From a virus (lineage: Duplodnaviria > Caudoviricetes): a DNA stretch of 46,806 bases. Positions 35,729-43,806 of the stretch are shown here, in pieces. A program made the translations under genes and the position numbers. How positions within the stretch are numbered: the stretch's first letter is position 1; each line of letters opens with the position of its first letter. The stretch covers positions 1-46,806 of the IMG/VR virus record IMGVR_UViG_3300032287_002815; one strand, given 5' to 3'. Below the pieces are notes generated by a model. That model saw only the letters and a list, made by a program, of their open reading frames with translations. It searched no databases and had not been told where the DNA came from.

Positions 35729-38700
35729 CTAGATTCGATAGCTGTAATCGTTGGGCTTACACGGGCCGGGGTCGCATTGAAGATCGAGACACCCTTCCGG
35801 GCAATCGAAATAGAAAAATTGATCCAGCGGCGCAACGCACCGGTCTGGACGTCCAGCCAGGAACGATGCTCCAAACCGGCCGCCGTTGTTCCGGACAAGA
35901 TCGTGACCACTCAAACGCCGCACGGTGTTGCACGTGATCTGGACGTTGCTGACGTACCGGAAAAAGCTGCCGGTTGCCGATGTAAACGCCACGTCCGGGC
36001 CGACATTCGCGCAGGTGAACGTGGTTGGAGTCGGCGTTCCAGTGACGATGTTTTCGTCGTTGAAGCTGGTGTTGATGAAACCCTCGGTCGTCACGTGATC
36101 ACCGATGGACAGGTGATGCGCCTTGTTCGTGGTGAACGTCGCGACGTTTGATGTCCGCTGGTAGGCGATGGGCAGCATTTCCCAGGGGAATTTCACCGGG
36201 AGGTTGATGCCAACAAAACCGCCGCTAGATGAAACGACGGCGCCGGGATTGGTAACCGTGAACTGATTTGCAGCTGGTACGGTAAGAACCGTGAAAACGC
36301 CATTGAATGTTCCGTCAGCAACTCCAACCACGGAAACTTCCATTCCAACCTGAAGTTCGTGCGCCGATTGCGTTGTAAATGTTGAAATGCCGCTCCCATC
36401 TCTTGACGCACCTGCCGGAGACGCCAACGGGGGGTTGATCGGAATCTGATAGTCCGTCGGATAGTACCACGCGCTCCTGTTGACATCGTGGTTCAAGGTC
36501 AGGAAGGCCGCATCCAGTGGGTCGTATGCGGTCTGGTAATACCAAGTACCGGGCCCTTTCAGCACCACGTCGTTGTTTTCGACGAGCATATCCCGGTGAG
36601 CGGAGATCAGCGTCGAGTAAGCCTCTGGGTTTGCCAGACCAGTTGCGGCAATGATCGAGTACCAATCCTGCACGTTGAGTGCGATGAAGGCAGCGATCTC
36701 AAGCGCCGAGTTGTCGTGAATGTGCGTTCCGAAATGCCGGTACGAATCGACGTAGAAACACGTACCCGTAAATCCGTCAAAGTTGTTGTAACGGATCTTT
36801 GCGTCCTGCGTTTCACGAACTGTGATCGCATGAACCGGGCTCTGCTGATTGACCGGGTTTGGTCCGCCTCGAACCTCGTTGTACTCGAAGGTGCAATCCT
36901 TCGCCAGGATCCGCTGGCTGCGAAGCATGGTTACATTCCCGTCGATGTAAGCTCCTGGGGAGATGTTGTTTCCAGCGATATTTGCAGTGAATCGGTAAGA
37001 ATCTGGCGTTGATACGACCGTCAACGATCCAGAGAGCGCCAGATTTACAGCACCGTATCCGGTCACCACGATTGCCGGAAAAACATCAACCCCCACCTGG
37101 GCAACAGTGAACGTCAAGTCATTGATTACGTTCACGACCGCAAAAGATCCGTCGAACGAGTTGTCGCTTACATCAACCGAAACGGTGTTTCCAGGTGCAA
37201 GGAAATGCTTTTGCGATGTTGTAAACGTAACGACATTCGATTGCCGCTGAGCAGAGACAAGTCCAAAGACGTAGTTCCCCATCGTCACCGGCACCACATC
37301 CCCCACCCGCAACGTGTGCTTCATCACGCAGGTGTACGTGGCCACGCCAGCGGATCGGGAAACCACGTTGATCGGATTCACAAGGCTCGAATAGCCACCG
37401 ATTGCACACTGGGTATTCGCTTCCGCATCACCGGGATACAGTGTGCTTTGGATCGAGTTTCGACCTTGGTATCCGAACTTGTTGTTGATGATCCGCGCAC
37501 CTGGCGTCTTGTTGTCCACCGTCATCGGTAGGAACGAGAGGGCGATGAACGTCTCAGCGTCTGCGATACCAACGCCGAAATCGTAAAACTGGTTGTCGCG
37601 GAACACCGCGTTTTCACCGCGATGATTGATTCCTGCTACCGTGTAGGACGAGTTGACTCCTGCGGTCGTTTGAGCGGTGGCAAGAACGTCAGGGTAGTAG
37701 GTCGGAGAGTAGACGCGGCCGTTTTGCGCAGGCAGTGTTATCGGAGCGGTAACGCGAGAACAATAAAACTCCTGACCGCCAGGAAGGAATCCAGCCACGG
37801 TTTTTGTGCCATTGAAGGCTGGGTCCGTCATCCCGGTAATGACAACGCTATCACCGATCGTGAAACCAAAGTTCCAGTCTGGATGCTTTGTGTAAATGTC
37901 AGCAAAACCGTTGTTTCTACCGCCGATGATTACAGCACGAATATCGCGCTGGAAAGTGGACTGGGTTATGTTCTGAACATTTCCATACCCAGTGAATGAC
38001 CCATCTGCAACACCGCCTGTTTTTACGTTTACAATGTACTGATTGATTTCGCTTACATTGGTGTACGGAGGCGGGACTATTGGCGGAGAATACGATGGAG
38101 TTACCTTCGTAGTTATGAAATGCGGGTAGGCCGTCGTGTACGTGTTTACTCCAGCGGTTCTTGAAACGGATGAAATCGCGATGTCAGCGACCGAGTTGTT
38201 CGTGTAGTTACCGTCGAATGTGATGCCCTGAATCAGCGTGTTCTTGCAGTTCGCTGCATCTACCGGCTTGCCCGGGTACGCCCCAACACCGCCAACTGCG
38301 CCATTGCCGGGATAGTTCCCCAGCGTCTTGATCATCTGGATGTTGAATCCATAGGTATCAAGTCGTTTGGTTGACGTGTGGTTTGCGAACTTCAGCGTCG
38401 TTTGCCCGATGCCTTTGCCGACAAACTCCACGTTGTTGATGGCATTTCCGTAGCCCAGGACCAGAGATGAAGTGTAGCCGCCGCCGATCAGGTTGATCCA
38501 GCCGTCTTCCGTGACCAAACCAGTGTCGGGTCCAGGAACCGCTGCCGTGAATCTGGTTGGGTTAATGATTGAAACAACTGAGAACCCAAACAGAGCCGGG
38601 CCTGTCCCGTTGAATGTTGAGTCGGAAAACCCGTAAAGCGTGATTTTTTCGCCAGCAACAAGCCCGTGCGGTGTAGACGTGTTGAATGTCGCCACGCCTC

Positions 38701-38869
38701 CAGTCCGGATTCGATTGATGATCTTCGCTCCCGGACTCGACCCCAGCAGAAACGTGCCTGCCGGGAAATCGCATCGACCAGCTGCGAGCAAGCATTCGTT
38801 GATCGCCCACGCGCTGTTTCGTAGCCCGCAGGGATCCGCTCCGTAATCAACTGGGTTTGAAGAGGGCAT
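35729..38869 (-). CDS. Tailspike-like beta-helix protein with repeated inserted modules, ~1046 aa
   Basis: NPVDYGADPCG...AINECL...FPAGTF (pectate-lyase-3-like start), GKGIGQTTLK, ITFDGN; ~7 copies of a ~60-aa module; ATG 38869. Confidence 0.75.
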   Translation of the reverse strand: MPSSNPVDYGADPCGLRNSAWAINECLLAAGRCDFPAGTFLLGSSPGAKIINRIRTGGVATFNTSTPHGLVAGEKITLYGFSDSTFNGTGPALFGFSVVSIINPTRFTAAVPGPDTGLVTEDGWINLIGGGYTSSLVLGYGNAINNVEFVGKGIGQTTLKFANHTSTKRLDTYGFNIQMIKTLGNYPGNGAVGGVGAYPGKPVDAANCKNTLIQGITFDGNYTNNSVADIAISSVSRTAGVNTYTTAYPHFITTKVTPSYSPPIVPPPYTNVSEINQYIVNVKTGGVADGSFTGYGNVQNITQSTFQRDIRAVIIGGRNNGFADIYTKHPDWNFGFTIGDSVVITGMTDPAFNGTKTVAGFLPGGQEFYCSRVTAPITLPAQNGRVYSPTYYPDVLATAQTTAGVNSSYTVAGINHRGENAVFRDNQFYDFGVGIADAETFIALSFLPMTVDNKTPGARIINNKFGYQGRNSIQSTLYPGDAEANTQCAIGGYSSLVNPINVVSRSAGVATYTCVMKHTLRVGDVVPVTMGNYVFGLVSAQRQSNVVTFTTSQKHFLAPGNTVSVDVSDNSFDGSFAVVNVINDLTFTVAQVGVDVFPAIVVTGYGAVNLALSGSLTVVSTPDSYRFTANIAGNNISPGAYIDGNVTMLRSQRILAKDCTFEYNEVRGGPNPVNQQSPVHAITVRETQDAKIRYNNFDGFTGTCFYVDSYRHFGTHIHDNSALEIAAFIALNVQDWYSIIAATGLANPEAYSTLISAHRDMLVENNDVVLKGPGTWYYQTAYDPLDAAFLTLNHDVNRSAWYYPTDYQIPINPPLASPAGASRDGSGISTFTTQSAHELQVGMEVSVVGVADGTFNGVFTVLTVPAANQFTVTNPGAVVSSSGGFVGINLPVKFPWEMLPIAYQRTSNVATFTTNKAHHLSIGDHVTTEGFINTSFNDENIVTGTPTPTTFTCANVGPDVAFTSATGSFFRYVSNVQITCNTVRRLSGHDLVRNNGGRFGASFLAGRPDRCVAPLDQFFYFDCPEGCLDLQCDPGPCKPNDYSYRI

Positions 38870-38870
38870 A

Positions 38871-40922
38871 CTAGGCAGAGAGTAACGGGCAGGCCACTCG
38901 GCTGAGATCGCCGTATATGTCCTCCTGGAGACGTTGGGCAACCATGGCAATTCGCTTCAAGCGAAACCTGCCGGTGTTTACATAACGCAACTGGAATTCG
39001 TAGCCATCGCGAGTGAAACCGCCGGTCTGCACGTCGCACTTGTCAGGCGGCTGCGGCAAGGCGATGCGCGATCGGGCGGGCGGCTGGTAGTATTTGACCT
39101 CTTGGCAGTTGATCACCGCCGGCGGGCACGAAACCTCACCGGGCTCGCAGTTGCGGTACTTGGCGCAGTCCTTGAACTCCGCCCATGGTTGCCAACACTC
39201 ACCCTCGTTGGCCTTAAAGTAGACCTTGGATTCGATGTTGCCCATGACCTGATCGTACCATTGCTCGGCACTCATCAGGCGCTTCTTGTTGGCCGGCTCT
39301 GCAAACGTGAGTGAGCGCGTTTCGATAATCCATTCGATCGGCGAATCATCGAACCCATCGAAATCAAACTGACCAGTGCGGGTAATCTCGTAGAGGCCGA
39401 TCTTTCCCTGATTCAATCCAAAGAGAAAACAACGGTCAGAATTCTGAACTCGAACCGTCAGCATTTGGAGAATGTCAGCGCCCGTCCAGACACCCTCCCA
39501 AGCAGGAGGGAGCTTGCGGCCCATTCCGGAAACCAAGTCGAAATCCATGACCACCAGCCCTCGATGCACAACACCGCGACCGTTCACCTTCTGCGGCTGG
39601 ATGGTCATCAGCATCCGGTTATCGAAGTTCACGGAGCTAGCAGCCTTCAGGTAAAACTCCGTGTCGTAGGCCAAGGCCCGCACAACCTGCCGGCTGATAG
39701 GGGTGTTGCCCCATTCGGTGAAATCGCGCCTGGCGTAGATCAACGACCGAATGCCGTCCTGCGCACGAAATATCAGATCACCGTTCATGGGAACGATGGA
39801 TTCGTGATTGAACGAACCAAAGTTCAGCAATGCGAATCGCTGGATCGGATAGCTGAGATCCTTCCAAACGTCGCGGTCCACTGGGGCTGCGAACGCGTAG
39901 GTCGCGGTCGGCGTGAATACCAGCAGGTCGCCATCTCCTAGCGACGTGTCCAAGTTGGCGCCAAACGCCAGTCCGGTGATCGGGCCATTGGAGACGGCGA
40001 AGGCACCGCCCTCATTGAGGAATGTGTTCTCGGTGAATCGAATGACGGAGTTGCGGCCGTAAGCTGGATCTCCATAGACCAAGTCGCCACCGTAGTATTC
40101 TGATCCACTGGCTACCCAGAGGCGCCCCTTGCCGTAGGCCATCGGGCCTCCAACTGGAACTTCTTCACCAGTGGCGCGCCGAAACGTCGTTCCATCAAAC
40201 AGGTACGGGGCATTCAGCTGGTCTTGAACAATCAACCAGTTTTCCGCCTGTTGGAAGAATACGTGATCCGCGTTTGGGTTGTTGGCTTGCAACCAGTATC
40301 CAGCAAATTGAGGTCCCAGCAACGGCCCAGCATCTATCCCCGGGCTGTACGTCGTAAATGTCGTTGGGGTCGGAGTGTTTTGAACCACGAAGTCGCCAAA
40401 GAACCCTTCGGGAAACGAAGCCCCAACAATTTCCGGCAGCCTGACCACCATCCCGGGAAACAATCCGTGCGGCGCGGCGCAAACATAAGTGGCCACGTTG
40501 GAAACGCGTCCCCGTGTTTGAACAACAAATGATCCCCCCTGCGGGGTCTGATCCGAAACCAAAAAATTGTTCTGAATGTCTATCCGAAAAAGTTTTCCAC
40601 TGATCGAAGCGAACAGATACGGCGTGCCGTCATCGTTCACATAGGCGCCGCACCCTTGGAAATACCCAGTCTTGAATGCGTCTTGAACAGCTGCGTTGTA
40701 GTAAATTTCGCCAACTGCCGTCGTCAGCGTTTGAGTGGGATCCGGGAACGTCAACCCTTTCAACCAGATCCCCGGCCGCGCCTTGGGAAAACCTCCACGG
40801 ACAGTCGTGTTCACCGCCCAAGCCAGTTGGTTGGGTTGAATCAATGACGGAGAGAACCCGCTATCTACACCGCCTTCTGCGGTGAGCAGGCCGTCAACCA
40901 AACGATTCTTTTCGGCGACCAT
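38871..40922 (-). CDS. Tail tubular protein B / nozzle (stabilisation protein), ~683 aa
   Basis: N-terminal GGVDS...WAVN.TVRGG....RPG pattern, beta-rich, size and position; ATG 40922. Confidence 0.7.
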   Translation of the reverse strand: MVAEKNRLVDGLLTAEGGVDSGFSPSLIQPNQLAWAVNTTVRGGFPKARPGIWLKGLTFPDPTQTLTTAVGEIYYNAAVQDAFKTGYFQGCGAYVNDDGTPYLFASISGKLFRIDIQNNFLVSDQTPQGGSFVVQTRGRVSNVATYVCAAPHGLFPGMVVRLPEIVGASFPEGFFGDFVVQNTPTPTTFTTYSPGIDAGPLLGPQFAGYWLQANNPNADHVFFQQAENWLIVQDQLNAPYLFDGTTFRRATGEEVPVGGPMAYGKGRLWVASGSEYYGGDLVYGDPAYGRNSVIRFTENTFLNEGGAFAVSNGPITGLAFGANLDTSLGDGDLLVFTPTATYAFAAPVDRDVWKDLSYPIQRFALLNFGSFNHESIVPMNGDLIFRAQDGIRSLIYARRDFTEWGNTPISRQVVRALAYDTEFYLKAASSVNFDNRMLMTIQPQKVNGRGVVHRGLVVMDFDLVSGMGRKLPPAWEGVWTGADILQMLTVRVQNSDRCFLFGLNQGKIGLYEITRTGQFDFDGFDDSPIEWIIETRSLTFAEPANKKRLMSAEQWYDQVMGNIESKVYFKANEGECWQPWAEFKDCAKYRNCEPGEVSCPPAVINCQEVKYYQPPARSRIALPQPPDKCDVQTGGFTRDGYEFQLRYVNTGRFRLKRIAMVAQRLQEDIYGDLSRVACPLLSA

Positions 40923-40927
40923 GACGC

Positions 40928-40956
40928 TTGAACCCATTGAAAGGCCATCGCAGGAT
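40928..40956 (+). promoter_or_regulatory. Promoter for the terminase-portal operon, in a 43-bp divergent gap
   Basis: TTGAAC-17-CAGGAT, ATG 9 nt later; GCAGGATTCC shared with the capsid promoter. Confidence 0.6.
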
Positions 40957-40965
40957 TCCCGCAAG

Positions 40966-42738
40966 ATGAATGAAAGCCCCGATTACTTGTCCATACCGTG
41001 GCGTACAAAAGACCGTTTCTTGATCGAGGCTGAGATGGTGCGTCGTGGCGGGTACATTCACAACGCCGGCGTGAAGTACGGTCAGGGCAAGTATTACCAC
41101 TTCCGCGCTGCCATGACGGCGCTGTGGCCGCACTTCGACTGGCATGAATGGTCGGAGCTTCTGATCCAAGCATTCGTCGAGAACCAAGAGGTCGGCATCA
41201 TGGGGCCAGGTTCATCTGGCAAGACGTACAACTCCGCAGCTTTCGGGCTGTGCTCGTTCTACATCTGGCCGAAGGGCACCTCGATCATCATGTCGTCAAC
41301 GACGCGTGAGGGTCTCCAGCTGCGAATCTGGGGCTCGATCAAAGAGCTTCACAACAAAGCCAAGGAACGCCGCGAGTGGCTCCCGGGCCGCGTGATTGAA
41401 AGCCGGTTCATCCTGACCAGTTCGGATGAAGATGCCGAAGCGCAGGACTTTCGAGACGGCATCATCGGTGTGGCGTGCAAGGTGGGCGGCACCTTTGTCG
41501 GCCTCTCGAACTACGTCGGATTGAAGAACGACCGCGTGATGTTGATCGCGGACGAAGCCTCACTGATGGGGCGCGGTTTCTTGGACTCGGTGGCTAACCT
41601 TCGCAAGAACCCCGAGTTCAAGCTGATCGCGATGGGCAACCCCAAGGACCGCAATGATGCGCTTGGCGTAGTGTGCGAACCGCATCCGACATTCGGCGGC
41701 TGGGAGGGTCTCGAATACTTGGAGAAAACGCGCACCTGGAGAACGCGGGCGCCCGGTGGGTTGGCTGTCCAGCTGTGTGGATACGACACGCCGAATGCAA
41801 AATTCCCCAAGGGCACGAATCCGTACCGAGGCATCATCACGCCGGAGCAGATTCAGGCGGACCTCGATTACTACGGCCGGGACTCGTTGCAGTTCTCGAT
41901 GATGAACCTCGGTCTGCTGCCTCGGGACGGTGGCACCAGGCGCGTGGTCACGATGTCGTTGTGCGAGCAGAACCAAGCGTTCGACGATGTCGCGTGGGAC
42001 CGCGCTGACAAGATCATCCGCGTGATCGGCATCGACGCTGCGTACTCGGGCGTCGGCGGTGACCGATGCGTTATGACAGACCTCAAGTTCGGACCAGATG
42101 CGTCCGGTCGCACGGTGCTAGCATTCGCAGAACCGCCCATCGTGATTCCGGTCACGGCCGTCAAGGCGCAGCAGGCCGAAGAGCAAATTGCCGAGTACGT
42201 GTTGCTGTACTGCAAGCAGCGCAATATCAACCCGGAGCAGGTTGGGTTTGACTCCACTGGACGCGGCACACTGATGTCTGCTTTCGCTCGTCTGTGGTCT
42301 CCGCAGGTGGTTCCGATTGAGTTCGGCGGCAAGCCACTGGATCGTCCGGTACGCCAAGGGGATGCGAAGACCGAGCGCGAGGCCTACGGCAAGATGGTGA
42401 CTGCACTCTGGTATTCGTCTCGCCTACTCATCGAATCCAAGCAGTTGCGGAAACTGCCCCGTGAAGTCGCCGAGGAAGGTGCGATGCGCGAGTGGGGTAT
42501 CGCCCGTACTGGATTGATCGACGTGGAGCCGAAGCACAAGACCAAGGAACGCATGGGCCGATCGCCTGACTTGTGGGATTCGTTCGTGGTTGCGCTCGAA
42601 ATGGCGCGCCGAAACGGTTTTGAGATTGCAGGCGGCCACGGTGTTGGTATTGTCAAGCGACAGACACCAAAGTGGCTGACGCGTATGTCTGACAAGCGCC
42701 GGTCAGTGGAGTCTCAACATTCGCTAACCTACTCCTAA
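40966..42738 (+). CDS. terL: Terminase large subunit, ~590 aa
   Basis: Walker A GPGSSGKT, Walker B LIADEA, MGNP, RNase H GIDAAY...GDR, DSTGRG, GRSPDLWDS. Confidence 0.92.
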   Translation: MNESPDYLSIPWRTKDRFLIEAEMVRRGGYIHNAGVKYGQGKYYHFRAAMTALWPHFDWHEWSELLIQAFVENQEVGIMGPGSSGKTYNSAAFGLCSFYIWPKGTSIIMSSTTREGLQLRIWGSIKELHNKAKERREWLPGRVIESRFILTSSDEDAEAQDFRDGIIGVACKVGGTFVGLSNYVGLKNDRVMLIADEASLMGRGFLDSVANLRKNPEFKLIAMGNPKDRNDALGVVCEPHPTFGGWEGLEYLEKTRTWRTRAPGGLAVQLCGYDTPNAKFPKGTNPYRGIITPEQIQADLDYYGRDSLQFSMMNLGLLPRDGGTRRVVTMSLCEQNQAFDDVAWDRADKIIRVIGIDAAYSGVGGDRCVMTDLKFGPDASGRTVLAFAEPPIVIPVTAVKAQQAEEQIAEYVLLYCKQRNINPEQVGFDSTGRGTLMSAFARLWSPQVVPIEFGGKPLDRPVRQGDAKTEREAYGKMVTALWYSSRLLIESKQLRKLPREVAEEGAMREWGIARTGLIDVEPKHKTKERMGRSPDLWDSFVVALEMARRNGFEIAGGHGVGIVKRQTPKWLTRMSDKRRSVESQHSLTYS

Positions 42739-42742
42739 TCTT

Positions 42743-43165
42743 ATGGCCTCATTCAACAAAGTCATCCTAGTCGGAAACCTGACCCGCGACGTAGAACTCA
42801 AGCATCTGCCGAAGGGAACCGCCGTCTGCAACCTGAGCATGGCAGTCAATCGCCGCTGGAAGACTGAGTCCGGTGAAGACAAGGAAGACGTCTACTATGC
42901 TGAGTGCAAGGCCTTTGGAAAGCAGGCTGAAACGATCGCCCAGTACGTCAAGAAGGGGCATCCGTTGTTGGTTGAGGGGCGTCTGACTCGGGAAGAGTGG
43001 GACGACAAGAAGACCGGCGAGAAGAGGTCCACCACTCGGATCATGATTGAGACCTTCCAATTCCTGAAGGGTCGCGATGAAGGCGCTGCGCCGGCTCCGC
43101 GCCGCGAGTCTGCCCCAGCCGCTCCCAAGCCTGATCTGGACGATTCAGACGATGTTCCGTTTTAA
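42743..43165 (+). CDS. ssb: Single-stranded DNA-binding protein
   Basis: NKVILVGNLTRD OB fold; acidic tail DDSDDVPF. Confidence 0.97.
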   Translation: MASFNKVILVGNLTRDVELKHLPKGTAVCNLSMAVNRRWKTESGEDKEDVYYAECKAFGKQAETIAQYVKKGHPLLVEGRLTREEWDDKKTGEKRSTTRIMIETFQFLKGRDEGAAPAPRRESAPAAPKPDLDDSDDVPF

Positions 43166-43174
43166 TGCTGCCGT

Positions 43175-43450
43175 ATGAGCAACATGAATCTGACTTCGTT
43201 CCCCAACGGTGGATGGCAGTATTACCAGCCCGAAACCAAGTGGAATAAACCCAACCCGATGAACGATGATTTCTACGAAACGGCCAGAATCATCGCGCAG
43301 CATCGGGCCGCCAACGGTCTGCCAGCTTCACTCGAGAAGGCTCAACTGGACCTAGAGAACTACACCAAGGCCCGCTTTCCGTCCACGTACTCAACACCAG
43401 GATCCAATGTACAACCAAGGGTTTCAGGCTGTCGCACGTGCGGCCGCTAA
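43175..43450 (+). CDS. Hypothetical protein ending in GCRTCG, 91 aa
   Basis: PNGGWQYYQPET...HRAANG motif; C-terminal CxxC. Confidence 0.7.
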   Translation: MSNMNLTSFPNGGWQYYQPETKWNKPNPMNDDFYETARIIAQHRAANGLPASLEKAQLDLENYTKARFPSTYSTPGSNVQPRVSGCRTCGR

Positions 43451-43799
43451 ATTGCGCCAGACAGCTCAGGGAGCGCGCATCCTAGCAGAATGGCTGGGTG
43501 ATGGTGGTGTGCCTGTCGATCGACGGCAGGCGCAGGATCGCATTGATACCTGCAACCGCTGTATTCACAACAAACCCACGGATGCACGGTCGGTTACCAA
43601 GACCGTGGCCGAGGCTATTCTTGAGCAGGAACAGGCGCGCAATGACATGGCGATGTTTCTGCAAGGGGAGGGGCTTGCTGGCACCTGCGAAGTCTGCGGA
43701 TGCTACCTGAAGCTGAAGGTCTGGGTCCCTCTTTCGTATCTTGGCAAGACCGAAATGCCCGATAATTGCTGGATTTCGCACGAACGGAAAGCAATCTGA
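43407..43799 (+). CDS. Cys-rich Zn-binding protein (DUF6171-like), 130 aa
   Basis: R..TCNRC...CEVCGCYL..K.....CW. Confidence 0.7.
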   Translation: MYNQGFQAVARAAAKLRQTAQGARILAEWLGDGGVPVDRRQAQDRIDTCNRCIHNKPTDARSVTKTVAEAILEQEQARNDMAMFLQGEGLAGTCEVCGCYLKLKVWVPLSYLGKTEMPDNCWISHERKAI

Positions 43800-43806
43800 C
43801 ACCGAT

